A stretch of 64,000 bases of DNA from Torpedo marmorata (GCA_977017645.1 OZ360221.1:65410001-65474000), one strand, 5' to 3'; positions 27,616-42,129 are shown, numbered from the stretch's first letter. Translations and numbers: made by a program. The notes: generated by a model from the sequence alone, not told the origin.

Positions 27616-30600
27616 GGAGGGAAAATGTAAATTAAATAAGACATATTTCTTAAAATAATCATTAAGATCGTTTTTTTTATTGATAGTAATAAAATTATCA
27701 CATTTGAAAGCCATTAAAAGCACAACTGTATTTAAACGTTTCTACATTATAATCACGTTTTAGTCTCTGCATTCTATTTTGTATGACTGTCTAAGCTAGT
27801 GAAGACCACCCATAGCCAAAGCTTGATTATTGCTTTACCGAGGATGTGCAGTACGGTGTTCGGAACGGTGTTGGAAATGCTGGTGGTCTCCTGTACACAT
27901 TGAAACGTTAGGATTTATTAAGTTGGTGTAGCATTTCTTGTTACTAAACAGAATGTGAGTGTAGTTTACACCTCCGTTTGCTTCAAACTTGACTGTCATT
28001 CGAATATCGCCGAAACACCTCATTGTAGTTGTTTTCCATTTCATTTGGAGCTTCAGTAAATCAACACATTTGTACCAGCATTTATCTTGTACACACGCAA
28101 TTATTTGAAGCTGCTTCAAAGTTTACTTTAGACCATTACGAAAACAGTGTTACGTGTAACTCGTAAACCCAAATAATGCATTCCAGATTTTAAAAAAATC
28201 ACGAACGTGTCATTATCACTACCAAACATTTGGTTATTATTAGTTCTGCCACTATGTAACGCCAAACCCCAGAGATATTTATCTCATTAATTTACACATG
28301 TGGTCACTTTATATTTAGATATTGAAAACAGCACGACTCATGTAGCCATAAAAAATAATGCCTGTCGAATAATTGTGACGAACTCATGCATTATTAGCAT
28401 TATTATGTTTTGATAAGAATTTCACTTAGACAATACGTCTAAATAAAACAAACGCCTTTAACGAGTAGCCACATACCAGTACGAGTACGGTTTCACACGT
28501 CCAAACGTCGCGATTCCTTTTTGAACAAAAGCTTCGAAAAATAAGAACACATTGAAATACATGCAGTGCATATAAATGCATCATTCCTCGTGAAGCAGTG
28601 GCGTATTTGTACAATAGCGTAGAGATTAGAGTTTGCTAATTCCGGATATTATGTTTGAAACATTTACATGTAGTGACAATGATTTTGCAGGTCTACTTAA
28701 TAAAAGTGCTGTTATATTGATTAAAAAAAATTATTTCACACTTCAATCAAACGCGACATAAAACCAAATGCTAATTTATTGAGAGATATACACACATGGT
28801 GCTTTGTTCTATTATATAAGTATCAAATGCCAAATTTGACATTTTGCATTTGTTCTTTTCTACAGTTTTGAGATATCGTTTATCCAAGTTGCAAAGCAGC
28901 ACAATTATTTGTGTGACAATATTATAGTATATTTCATGTTAATATGTAACCCAGTAGTCTCTTAAACATGCGGTAGTAACATCTTTGGGTGACAGGCAGT
29001 GTGCCTTCTTCGTTTATTTTTGTTCAGAAAATTAGTTTGAGCCCGCTGTAAACTTCAGATGGTGCCTCCAGCTTGCGCAATCTACACGAGCCGTGGGATT
29101 TATCAAAGGCTTTGTTCAGAAATATAATGTTGGCAAACTACATTCGTTTGACAGTGCACAGTGTCCCTGCAGAATAACTTCTTGTTGCTATGTTTAAAAT
29201 AAAGTAAATTAAAGGTAGATCGTTTAAATCAATCGGACGCAGCCAGAGTTGAGATGACATTCCTACCCATTCTCCCAAGGATGTAATTATTGGTTTTATT
29301 TCTCTTATGGTTATATATCTCAGCCAACAAATAATGAAGTGAAATGCCAAGAAAAAATATACATATGAGGTAGCCATATATTTTTAAGATATTGATTTTA
29401 GCCACTAATTGTAACTGTTTGTGGTCGATGCCCCTTTTGCTACCCGCAGCGTATCGGTAGCTTTGTTGTAGTTCTTCAGCGCTCGAGTGCAGAGTCAGCA
29501 TTCCAACAATTGCCTTTCAAGTCTCTGCGAGATATTACTTCTGGGGCCCTCTTGAAAAGATCAAGTTTCACTTGCAGAATATGTGTCATGCTTAACGTCC
29601 AAATTGACTTGCTTTATCCCATGCACTGTCATTGAGAAAGCTGTATTGGTCCAAGATACTTCCTACATTTTATTTCCAACCATCAAATATTAAGGATGCC
29701 ACGTTCCTAATGATACCTCTAGCACGTCCGAACTACAGCTAACCCTGTCTTGCCACCCGTACCCTGCGCTGTCTAAAAAACAAATGACCTTTGCCTCAAC
29801 GTACAAACAGAAATACTGCAAAAGAAAAGTTAAAAGAAAAACAATTGCAAATGAATCAAAATTAGAAAACCTTGGAAACATTTGAAGGTCGTTCGAAACC
29901 AATAGAGAGAACAGAAAAGGTTAACGTATCAGATATTAATTATCTTCTATCAGGAAGATTTTTTTCTCCTCTGTCTACTGCCATCAGATGTGAACTATTG
30001 TACAAATGCAAAATAGAGGTGATTGGCAACTTTCCGAATTGAATGTTCAGTTTTTAAACCTGCCATAAATTAAAACAGTTTTTGGTGATGCGAAAAATCG
30101 CTAAGATAAGCTATCAGGTAAAAGTTTAACATTTTAACTTTAAGTTGGCTGCACTGTTTCCGCCTTTTAATCATAGTGTATGTACATATAAAATAGGTGA
30201 TATGTCTGGAGTCGGGGTAAAATACTTGGTACCCATGTATCCATGCCATTAACTACTTTAACTAATGATAAATGAACCCTGAAAGCAGATACTCGAGTTA
30301 GTCATCATACGCAACAAATTGGATCGGTTCATCATACAACCTTGGAACAGTCAAAATTCAATTACAAAATGAAGGGATACATTGAATGTAGAATGAACCA
30401 TTCATTATATTTCAGTTTCATTTTACAGTCAAAGACAATCAACAAAAAAAATCACTGTTCCACTGCAGGTGAATTCCCAATGCAGGACAACTTGCGACTC
30501 TCATAGAAGAGGGCTGCTGCAAGTTGCCGTGATTATTCTCACGTGGGATCGTTTTATCGGTGGTAAAGCAATGACAGATGGCTCTTCGCCCTTTCAGTTG

Positions 30601-32199
30601 TGGGGGAGGGGAAAGTCAAAGAATGGAACAATTTAAAACCGGAAACAAAATATTTTGATTTAGATTATGTTTCTTTGTTTTTACTGGTGACTCACTTTAC
30701 CACGTTTTAAGGACCAATTAAATTAAATGAAGATTGGTTTTGTGCACGAACCAGTTTGAAATTCGCATCAGAAAGCCTAGAAATTTTGGGTGTGATCATA
30801 GTTTCTGTTTTAAGATTAGATTTCAGGGAAAATGTTAGACTATTTTCAGTGGCATAGACTTGTTTACATTCCAAGCTCATCACGGCAAAGGATCAATGAC
30901 GCGAGACTTCTGGGGACTGCCACCAGCTGTACTGCCGAGCCAGCTAAAGCGTCAAGTACATATTTTATTTATATCATCAAATGAGCCTTGAAGTTCGAGT
31001 CCCATGAGATTACTTCGCAAATTCCTGCAAGTTAAGAGGTTCTGCGTTCGGGCCAGCACTTCATGCTTCCATTTTAAAATTACCCATGTGATTAAAAAAC
31101 CCTATGCAATCTTTACCCCTTCAATCTACCCATCACCCCCCCCCCCCATCAAACTCGCAAGGATTCGTACACCCAGGATTAAGAACCACAGCCGTATACT
31201 ACTCCCAACAAGCCGTGAAATAATAGAAAACGAACATTTGATTCCTTTCTGCCTAACATCATAAACGCATTTTGAGGTTATTCTCCCACTTTTACATGGA
31301 TATTTATCTCAAAGCGAAATATCTATCGCCAGAGATATCTCAAGCCAGAAGAAGGAGTGTGAAGAAGTGTGAAGCACTGCTCAATTCTGATGCTTCCTCA
31401 CCTTCAGGAATTTATATCATGGGATTCAGACTCCAAGATTCTTTCAGCAAGGTAACAAATCAGAATGACCCCAATTTTAAGGTGTTGAGCCAAATATTTA
31501 TACAATCATCATCCACAGGATAGCTGCTGGCGCTCGACGGTGAAAGAGCGTGCTGTTATGCAGGCGTAATTCGAATTGTTGGTTGTATTTTCAAACGGTC
31601 TAACTCATGGATTATACCATAAAGGCATAGGATCATTTGCGTTTGGTGGAAGGACAGGGGAACCAGGTAGAGGCCTCTCTCAAGGTGAGGGACACGAAGA
31701 CAACTCATCCGGTTGGTTGTCCGGTCTGGTCCCTTAACATTGATCAGCGTGGGATGAAATGTTTACAGCATCAATGAGAATCTATACACCCACTGGACAC
31801 CATGGCCTTATTTCTTTTTGAATTTCGAGAAGAAAATAGTGGAAACAGTCAGAAGGCCAGGCAGCATCCGTGAAAAGAGAAAGAGTAAACGTTTCAGGTG
31901 CAGATCCGATAAACAAAGACTGCACTCATGCAGGAATTATCACTATCAAAACGCTTCCTGCCTATTGAACTGTCCAACTGTTAAGTCGGTGAGGCTGGCA
32001 GGCATTGAGCCCACAACATTGTTTCGCAATGAACAAGGACAATTTTATATTGTCGGAGTGGAAGCAATTTTGATCACTATCGTGAAAGAATTGAAAATAT
32101 AACCGGAGAAATGTTGGGAATGGGCAGGAGATCTGTTAGTATCGGCTTTGGATTCAAATATACCGACCGACGTGCAATGCATTTATTTTACAAGTATGC

Positions 32200-32382
32200 C
32201 TCTGTTCCTACTTTGCTTCCTCCCTCCTCTCCTCTCCTCCACACGCTCCCCCACCCTATTATTTAGACGCCTGCCTGTTTTATACCGGAAGAAGGGCCCA
32301 AGCCCGAAACTTTGGTTACGCTTTACTTCCTATGGATGCTGCGTGACCTGCTGAGTTTCTCCAGCACGTTTGTGTATTGCGT
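32200..32382 (+). mobile_element. Penelope pseudo-LTR fragment
   Basis: Pyrimidine tract, GACGCCTGCC, GAAGAAGGGCCCAAGCCCGAAAC and GACCTGCTGAGTTTCTCCAGCAC. Confidence 0.7.
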
Positions 32383-35219
32383 ATTTCTTTTTATTGATGA
32401 ATCCCAGTGCTTGTATTCTTGTCCACGACTTTGTACCGGTTGATCTCTTTGCTCTTCTCCAAAGATTCAATGAAAATTATAACTCCTTTGGATGGGCAGT
32501 TTATCATGCATTCTGATGGCGACAACTGAACTTATAATGTGAAAGCGAGAGTACCGAGTCACATATACATTGCTGTATCATTTTCATGTTATCCCATTGA
32601 AAAAAAAACATAAAACGCTTCACAGGTCCCAAAACATGCAGCAGCACTGCACTTAGCAAACAATACTATAATCAGTTCCCGTTCAAAATTGTTTCCGGTA
32701 CGAGCTGGATGCTCAAAATCATGACTACTATGGTCTCTTCGAAATACTGTACATACGCTATAATGCAGTGAACGTACAGCATTTCCGCCGAACGAATGGA
32801 AGCCGATTGATTTACTTGCTATTAACCTGCTCTATTTATTTGCATACAACGGGAGAAATGTTTCTCCTTCATCAGCAAATGGTGCAATATGGTTCAATGA
32901 TGTGTCATGTGCTTAGGAACTGGATTTTATAATCATTTTAACAGTCATTGGGTTAGGAAATGACAAATCGGAAAATCTCACGATTTCGAGCCAGCGATTG
33001 GGGATTTTTAAAAAAACGCTCATCAGCGGTATTGGCAGAATTCAACGATAAGCACGGCTGTCATGGCTCCGTGGGACGTTTCCGATGTGCAAAAGGAAAA
33101 TCCAGCCCTGCATGCAAATATAATTAAAATCACCCTGTTTTCTTTTCCCAACGTGGGAAAATAAATTGTTTTGGAATATTGTGTCGAAGTGGGTTCATCA
33201 GGGCAAAATGAACACACCTGGAGAAAAAACAAACAAACAAACAGGATTCTCTTAACTCCTTGAGTTCTTTTGGCTTCATATTTATGTTAGTTTGCAACTC
33301 AGCCAGGTCTTTTTACTGGTTCATTGTGCCATTATGAATAAACCCAATGATTAGAGTTATCTATAAAACCTTCATGACTCACGCTGAATTATAAGCAAAG
33401 TGTAAATTTATTTGCTATTCGTGGGTCGGCGAAGAGCTTGCTGTTCCTTGCTAAATTCAAGATTATACTTGTTCAAGAGCATCCTTTGCTTAATCAGAAA
33501 TAAAGATGGATTTAAGGACGTCCACGATACTTCTTTATTTCAATGTAGAGACTATCAGAGCTGTCTCCGATGCGAGTGAAAAAAAAATCAATGAACCTCA
33601 CCTACCCGTCTTCCCACTATCTCCTCCCATGCCCGAGACCCTAAAGATGATTCAGTGAAACTTTCTGCTTCATTAACACTGCATAATGACGTGATCGGTC
33701 GTACTCTACATCGCCTATTCGTATTTAAATTGTTGTTTGTGATCATTATTATAAAAGAAGGAAGGACGAATACAGTATCAGATAAATAGAGGTGAACAGA
33801 AAATGTGAGAACAGCTTACAAGCTTAAAAAAGTGGCGCTCCAAAAATAAGTAAGAACGTGCACAGAAACACGTAGCTATAAACGTCACTTTTTTGCCCCC
33901 CCCCTCCCTCCCTCGTACTTTCAATTCTGAAAGTGGTCATCTGGGGTATCCCAGTCCTTACATTTCCTGCTCTTCTCGGCAGGAAGCAGAAGACGAGGCT
34001 AAAAGACGGGACAGTCAAATTTTGGATACACTTTCGGGTACTTAACTTTTGGCATTTAATTTGTGAACAGTGTTCTTCCTGAGGCTAATATTAGGATGTG
34101 TTCTTTTCTGGCCGCCAATAGAAGATCTGTTAGGAAGAGAGATAATTGTGGCGGTATAACATTACACGTTCGAAATGTGAGAAGACTACTTTCCAAAACG
34201 TAAGAGTACGACGGACAATCAATCGGTCAACTCGAATGATCATTTGTATCAATGGAACATCAATGAATGTTGTTTTAAGGTAAAGAATCAGGTTACTCCT
34301 TTGGTCATGGTACCTCCTCTAATTAATTTTAAAATAACACGATTGCAGTCATGATATTTTTTGATTTCAAGCGGAATGAAAAACTAATGGCCATCACCTG
34401 CTTGAAACGGTGGTTTCAGTTGATTTCTTCTTGCAAGTGATAGACCAGGAACGGAATTTACCACCCAATCGAGGGTTCGGAGATACTGTACTATTTTGAA
34501 GAATATATTCCAGGTGTTTAAAATACAAAGTGAACATAAATAAATCATATTGCGGTAGAAAATAATTTTCTTTTCCTCTCAATCTGTAAAGATTAGAATT
34601 TCTACGAATGTTAAATGGTTGAGTTTTCGGGAAATAATACGACTCAACTGACTATACCGGAAAGTACCATTAGTATCTCAGTTGGTTTGTACTACTTATT
34701 TCTTATATTACGGACAGTAAGTCAAAACAAGATTAAAGCTACAGGCGAACACGAAAATATGAAAAAAATAAATGAACATAATTTACCACTCCCCTTCAAT
34801 CACCTCTACTCCACTTCTATCCTTTCCCTTTCCAATAAAGGAGTTCGACCCGATTTCTCTCAATGCATGCTGACAGACCCACTGAGTTCCTCCAGCAGTT
34901 CAGAGTCCACAACCTGCATTCTCTTGTTTCTCCTTCCCTCTTATTCTCCCCAGTTCTACCCTTCCCCTCAGCCAAATTACGTTCTATACTTTCTAGATAT
35001 TTATCTTGGCTTGGCAAACTACTCTTTTGAAAGTTAAAAAGCACTCAAAACCCATCGTGTTTGAACATTGAAAGTGACACATAGAACGAGACCATATTTG
35101 ATCATCGTTATTAAGGAATGCACATCACCGGTAGAGAAAATGCCCACAGTCGCAGTTTTCTTGCCTTGTTTCCTCAACTACCATAGTACCAAAAGAAAGT
35201 GGGTTAATTAATGAATTTA

Positions 35220-35525
35220 AGACAAACAAGAAACATGGCAGATGCTAGAAAACTGCAGCAACACACAAAATGTTGGAGGAACTCAGTGGGTCAGGCAGCA
35301 CCCATTAAAACCCTTCACCACGACTGGGAAGGAAGAGGGCAGAAGCCGGAATTAAAAAGGTGGGGGGAGGGGGGGAAGGAGAACGAGCTGGCAAATGATA
35401 GGCAAGTACAGGTGGGAGGGGAAGATAATGGAGGGGGGGGGAGGGAAGAAATGGGAATAATGTAAGCAGTTTGATGGCAGAGGACTAAGGAAGATGCACT
35501 CTGATCGGGCAGGACAGTGGTTAAC
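35220..35525 (-). mobile_element. Penelope pseudo-LTR fragment
   Basis: CACAAAATGTTGGAGGAACTCAGTGGGTCAGGCAGCA followed by a purine-rich tract, as in the element at 39538-39850. Confidence 0.6.
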
Positions 35526-35951
35526 GCACTAATGTTACAACCTAACCTTGGAGTGTTATAGGGCTCCCCTTCATGGCCTTGTAGTTTTATGAGTAGAATG
35601 CAAAAACAGGTTGAATAAACAAATAAACGATTTCAAAATAAAATCATCTTGCTTTGTAAATCAATCTACATCTCCGTACAGCGTTAATTTGTTATTTTCT
35701 TCGTGGGTGCTTTTAAGTTTAACCTATCAATTTACAAACATCCATGCAATATCTCAGGTATTGTTCCATATTTTACATTAAACATTAAAACATGATTATT
35801 TTACATTGAGGTAAAATCTTCCGGGCGAAGTTAAGGAGAGATGAAATGGAGATCGAAAAAAAAATCGTCTCCCGATAGGTTGTGATATCAGTGCTATCGT
35901 TTGCATATGAGTTTATCTGTGCTTACGATGACTACCCACTACCATTGATGC

Positions 35952-36057
35952 TTATTCCTTGAAGAAGGGCTCAGGCCTGAAACGTCGGCAATATATCTTT
36001 GTCTCCTATGGACGCTGAAAGACCAGCTGAGTTCCTCCAGCATTTCGGTGTGTTTTT
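35952..36057 (+). mobile_element. Short (about 105 bp) Penelope-derived insertion with a hammerhead-like core and TSD
   Basis: TTGAAGAAGGGCTCAGGCCTGAAACGTCGG core. Flanked by ACCA(T/G)TGATGC at 35941-35951 and 36058-36068. Confidence 0.75.
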
Positions 36058-36469
36058 ACCAGTGATGCAACACCCACGTTCGCTAACATTCAGACCTGAA
36101 AATTTGGGCAATCATTAAACAAACTGTCTACTTGGTCTTTACAGCTTTTTATAACACAACAGTTGTGAAATGACAGCAAAACTTTCTTCATGACTATACG
36201 AATGTAAATAATAGGCTGACTAAATGCAACATGAGAAATTAAAACTTGCAACTTGTCAAAACCAAAACATTCATTCTCACCTTGACCTTTGCTGTTTCAC
36301 AGTGTTATGGCAACTTGTATATTAAATGCTCTTGAGAAAGGTTAAAACTTTTTTTGTGAATATTACATCGTTTCCGGCGCTTAGTCGATGCTACCGTTTC
36401 ATTTTCAAATGTAGGCAAATCTTCCAGTTACTACGCAATTTTATCTTGTAAACGCCACGAGCGAGTTTT

Positions 36470-36655
36470 TAATATTAGATTTCAGATTTATTGTCAGAGA
36501 ACATACATGACATCACATACAACCTTGAGATTCTTTTTCCTGCGGGCGAGGCAGACTTACCACTTATTGGTAGTGCAAAAAAAACCCAGGACACAATGTA
36601 CACATGTAAACAAAAAGAAATGTAAACAAACTGACTTGTGCAATACAGAGAGAAT
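36470..36655 (-). mobile_element. Rex1-type 3' UTR fragment
   Basis: Reverse complement of the tail at 2720-2860 (CATGACATCACATACAACC.TGAGATTCTTTTTCCTGC). Confidence 0.75.
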
Positions 36656-38499
36656 GGTTTGCAATCGTTAAAATATTCAAAATTTTATTATTGTAGAATT
36701 TCCACAACGGGAGCGCAATAGTTAACTAGAACTGGTGACAGGATGCCTCAGACGTAGCCCAGAAATTTCATCCGCCCTCCCTTAAGCAACTATCTCATTA
36801 GGACAAACAGCCGAAAGCTGCCGTGACGTCTCCTTAAGAGGGCGGGACATGAAACGCCAAATCGGTGCGTAATTACCCTAAGAATGCATTAGGTTAGTCA
36901 AAACCGCTGGAATTTTTGAAAGCCTACATTTTTATTTTGACCCCAGGGCACTTTGGAAACATGGATATGCACACGTTAGTGGATCAAATCGAACCGTTTA
37001 ATTTAAAGGTAAGTTCTTTTAAGCACTTTTGTGTCAATTATTAAGGGACGGCTTTAATATAATTGGAAACCGTGACAAATGGCATTTAATTCGTTAAAAG
37101 GAACAAAACTTAACTTTGTCGCTTTTCACGAAGCTCGTTGCACCGCATTGTGCATACTTCGTTTGCGCCTGCGTCATTTGCGTAAACGAGAGTGTGGGTC
37201 TAACAATTGTTTTCCAGTAGAACGTTCAGGTGCGACTCCACTGAAGTGGTACACCTATAAATACGCAGTTTTAAATCATAATTGTAGTGGATCTCAGTAC
37301 ATTTGTCCATGCAGTTTTTGTTTTTAAAAGTATTAATACCAATAGATAGGAACTGAAGATTATGCAGATTAGTCCAACATTTAACAAAGCATCGTTGGAA
37401 CCTCGGGGGGAGAGGGGGGAATCTCCATTGTGGACAATGGAGGCGTTCTTCGACACTAGAAAATGTGACCGAATACAGATGAAACCAAAATATGCGCATT
37501 TTAAAATAAACTGAATATCCAGACGGGCTTGAAAATAAAATGTTGAAATATTCGTTGCAAAACATGCTCACTTAAATAGAGAATTCTATATGAAATTATG
37601 TTTATGTGGAATAACTGGTACATTAAAATTAATGTCAAACCCTGGTGTTACTATCTATGCGGATAAATTTTTGTAACCTCATTTACTGGAATAACTGGTT
37701 AATCCTTTATCAAAAGAAAATAAAAACTATCAATATTCTGGAAAGTAATCATGCATGCAGTGTAAACATATTTGGTCTTTGGACTTTTCTTCAACCTGAT
37801 GTTTGTGTGTAAAAAAAAAAACACATCGAACGTTCCTTTTGGGCAGTAATTCTGCGTACTTTTCACTGGGGTTCATGAAAAGAATGAGAAGAGTGCATGT
37901 GAACGACCAACCGTTCAAACACAAATGTTGTAATGACATTTCAGGCCACTGTCGAGAAACCAAAAGTTATGATTAATCAAATGTTAAATGCCGAGATGCG
38001 AACAACTTTCATGTTGAGCACGACTGCATGCCCTATCACCAAGCCGCATTTACTGCCACTTTGCCCAACGATTTCCGCATTGATCTTGAAACTCGCATGT
38101 ACTTTTAAATGTGTTTAATTGTTTGTTCCGCTGCAATATAACACTGGTGCCTAAAATATCATGCTTAACCGATTTCACAAAGTTTTATGGAGTTAAACAG
38201 GAAAGTCTTAAGACGCTGTAATTGTCTAGTCTGCTTTCAGATGGAAACAATATTTTACTGTAGAAAATTTGCATAGCCAATCACATTCCAGTAGAAAATA
38301 TGGTATTGTGGGGCATAACAAATAAGGTCGACCGAGGATACAACTCTAAGAAGGCCAAATCGATGTCCTGCTACATTACGAGTGGGGCAATACCAAAGAT
38401 TCCTAACCGAGTTCCTGTCAGTCAAGAGCACAAGGTTTATTAAAACTAATTGACAAAAACCGTTTGGGGTCTTGAGTTGCAAAAAAAAACACCACACAC

Positions 38500-38728
38500 T
38501 CGAGACGCCTCCAGACGGCAAGTGATTTAAAAAAACCTGGGCAAATGGGATCCGTCCGCGCACGTCATGTCGCGAACACAAAGTAACGACCTCTGCTGAG
38601 GATCCTCTTCCGGTTCGTCGCTGTGGCAATCGCAGAACAGCACAAATCGTGGAGCTGGCGGTTGTCATGGACACTGGGCAGAGCGCGGTCGTGGTTGCAC
38701 AGATCCTCGTTCACTATCTACGGCCATC
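38500..38728 (+). promoter_or_regulatory. SPAG6 CpG-rich promoter/5' UTR with an RFX X-box
   Basis: CpG-rich; GTTGTCATGGACAC at 38661-38674 is an X-box-like palindrome, as expected for a motile-cilia gene. Confidence 0.7.
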
Positions 38729-40871
38729 ATGACCCAGAGATTGGCATTGCAAGGTAAAGTTGTTTCAGAGATTCTGACCTCACTGACTTGTTTGGACAAC
38801 TATGAATTGGGAGGGATTTTGTTGTCCTTAATTGTGGGCAGAAGGACGCTTGATCAGAATTTTATCGTCTGAAATTACGAACGACTGTGAAAGAGAGACT
38901 TGCACTTGTATAGCACCTTTGCCTTGCTATAAAATGTCAGGAAATGCTTTATAGGTCCTGAAGACTTAAAAGTTAATAAGCGCAGTGTTGTGTAGGAGAC
39001 GGGTCACCAACTTCTGAATACAAAGGTAAAACACGAAAGTCTGCAGACACTATGGTTGAAGTAAAAACACAATGCTGGAGAAACTCAGCAGGTCAAACAG
39101 TGTCCTTTTAGAGCAACGTAACCAACGTTTCGGGCTTGAGCCCGAAATTGGGAATACAAAGTTCCACAAAAAACAATGTAAAGATGATACCGGTTGAATT
39201 CTATCCAGGGAGACCTTCAGTTCTTCAAATCTTTGGTGTTAATTTGTCTTCCTTTCTCATTGTTGTCCTATATTCTGTACGTTTTGTTCTCTACATGGCT
39301 ATATGAATGTTGGAGATAACTTATTAGTTGGTTCACAAAAGAACCCTTTTCGCTGTACTAGATAGTTTGTGACAAATAAACAAATAAGTTTGGCCTTAGG
39401 GTCTTGCAAGTTCATTTGATTAAGTGTGGCAAGGAATGGTTTAACATCTCGTATGAAAGAGTACATTTTTCTGTGATACATTGGTATGCTGCCTAGTCTT
39501 CAGATTGGAATTCAAACCCATAATTTAACAGGTGGTAAAAAACACAAATGCTGGAGAAACTCAGCAGGTCAAACAGTGTCTTTTATGTAGCAAAGGTAGA
39601 AATACATAACCGACGTTTCGGGCTTGAGCCCTTCATCAAAGTATGAGAAAATGCCGGCAGGCGTCCGAACAAAAGAGTGAGGGGGGAAATGGGGGTGGCA
39701 AAGGCAGGAGATGATAGTTGGAGAAAGAAGGGAGGGGACAGCAGCAAAGAGGGGGAGGAGGGATAGCTGGGTGGGTGGAAAAAAACAGGAAGGACAGGTG
39801 AGGGGGGAGGGGAAGGAAACGACAAGCAGGTTGAGTGGAAAGCAGAAATGTCAATGTTAATGCCATCTGGCTGGAGAGTGCCCAGACGGAAAATGAGATG
39901 TTGTTCCTCCAATTTGCGGGTAGTCTGGGTGGGATAGTACATAAGGCCATGGACAGACATGTGAATGTGGGAGTGTGACCCGGAATTGAAATGGTTGGCT
40001 ACTGGGAGGTCGCTGTTGTTGCGGACGGAGAGGAGGTGCTCAGAAAAGCGATCTCCCAATCTACGACCTGTCTCTCCGATGTAGAGAAAGCCACAAAGGG
40101 AGCACCGGATGCAGTAAATAAGTTCTCTGGATGTACAAGTGAAGTGTAGTTTCACTTGGAAGGCCTGTTTGGGGCCCCGGATCGTGGTGAGGGGGGAGGT
40201 GTGGGAGCAGGTGTTGCACCTCCTGTGGGCACAGGGGAAGGTGCCGGGGGTGTGATGGGTGGGGAGGGGTGAGTGCACGAGGGAATCGCGGAGGGAGCGG
40301 TCCCTACGGAAGGCCGAGAGGGGAGGAGAAGGAAAAATGTGTCTGGTGGTGGGATCCTGTGGTAAGTGCCGGAAAATCCGGCGGATAATGTGTTGGATGC
40401 GGAGGCTGGTGGGGTGGTAGGTGAGGATGAGGGGGATTACTTAACAGGTGGTATTGGATTCTTTTGGGATCCTTTTTTAAATCATGTGGATACATCTTTC
40501 TCGACCCTATTGCCCCCTCCCCCATCAACTCAGCTCCTTTCACTTTTCTCCCTCCCACTGGTATCCAACCTATCATCTGCTAACCTTGCTACTCCTCCTT
40601 CCCCTCCCCCACCATATTTGGGTGTCTTTCTGATTTTCGGTAAATCTGAAGAAGGGCTCGGGAACAAAACATCAACTGCCTATTGCTTTCCACGGATGCT
40701 GAGTTCCTTCAGCACTTTTGTGTAATCATTATGCGTATTAGTTCTTGTTTAACATTTTTACCTTTTTTACCTTAGTTTTTGAACAGTACCAGAAGGCCAG
40801 AACACACTTTGTACAAACAATTGCAGAACTTGCAACAAGGCCACAAAATATCGAAACATTACAAAATGCCG
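38729..40871 (+). CDS. SPAG6: Sperm-associated antigen 6 (armadillo-repeat axonemal central-pair protein), coding exons 1-2 only; gene continues beyond the window
   Basis: Exons 38729-38753 (MTQRLALQ, GTAAAG donor) and 40776-40871 (VFEQYQKARTHFVQTIAELATRPQNIETLQNA, GTAAGG donor) match the SPAG6/PF16 N-terminus and its position downstream of BMI1. Confidence 0.93.
38895..39230 (-). mobile_element. Ancient L2-tailed SINE remnant interrupted by a short Penelope derivative (39026-39151)
   Basis: ACTTGCACTTGTATAGCACCTTT tail-like motif. The insert is flanked by TSD GAATACAAAG (39016-39025, 39152-39161). Confidence 0.55.
39538..40440 (-). mobile_element. 5'-truncated Penelope-like element with GIY-YIG endonuclease and pseudo-LTR
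   Basis: ORF 39583-40278 contains CxxxxCxxC, LIYCIRCSLCGFLYIGET.RRL..RF.EH, PVANHFN and GTLQPDGIN. 13-bp TSD TTAACAGGTGGTA at 39525-39537 and 40441-40453. Confidence 0.92.
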
Positions 40872-42129
40872 GTAAGGAAAAATTGTGTTTTAAATTTTAA
40901 TGCAGACCTTTCACATTGTGGATAAAATATTAGTTCATGATTTTTTATTAAAATATTCATCTACAATTCTTACACAAGCATGGATAGTTGCATTCATTTG
41001 GTTAAAATGTATTGCATTTAAATATAAATTTGTGTGGTGGAAGAATATTGCAGGAAAATCATGAATATATTGTATATATTTCCCAGTGTTTAGTTCATGA
41101 GGTGCAGAATGTAAATATGCATGAACACCAAGCAATTAGTAAGGCAAAGAAGTACATTGGCTTGTCATGTTGGAGTTTTTGAGTGATAAAACACAATGCT
41201 ATAAATACTCAAATTGGGCATCATTTGTTGAGAGAGAAAAAGTTGATCTTTTGGATTGATGCAAATAGTGGTGGTGCTGCCTGAGAGGATGGGGAGGGGA
41301 GTGCTGAAACAGTGAGATACAGAACACTCATTGTTGGAAATGTGAACTTAAAAAAAATCTGGAAATGTCAAGCAACACTTGCAAAAGGAAAAACTCGAAT
41401 TTTATAGTGGATGACATTCCATCCAATCACGTCAGCATGACTGAGGTGGGCTGAATGGGTCAATTTCTGTGCTGTAGACTTCTATGGTTCATTGTGAAGT
41501 CGTGTCTCATCATAAGATGAGGTGTATCCCTCAAGTTTGCATTGATTTTGTTGGAACAGTGTTGTAAGCCAAAGTCAGGGAGTTTGGAGGAATGGAGAAT
41601 TATAGTGGCTGGTAACAGAAAGACTAAGGTTGGCCCATCTGGATGAATGGAGGCATTGTCTGAAATGGTTATCCAGTCTGCATTTGACTACGACAATGTA
41701 GAGGAAACCATATTGTGAACTCTGCACTGAATTCATAAGCGAGTTAATGCTCTACCGGAATGTTATGAGAAAGAGAGTGAGTGTTGTTGCAGATTGAAAA
41801 GTGAACCAGGGAATCACTGAAATAACAGTTGCTTTGGAATGGTGAAAAGGGAGGGAAGTTTATCCACTAGTTCTGTTTGGCTTCCCCTTCCAGCCTATGG
41901 CTTTCACACTGAGCAGCTTATCCTCCATAATTTCTGCTGCTTTCAATGTAATGCCATGATCAGATGTATCTTTTTCTTCTCTCCACAACACTTTCTGTTG
42001 GTTTGCAGCATTTGCAGTTTTAAGTTTTTTGAAGTTTGGTGAGACCTCATTCGAGGACTGTTTCTGTAGCTGAAATGATATCATTCCCTTGTAGAGTGGA
42101 TTTCATTGAAAATATGCAGTTCAACTATG

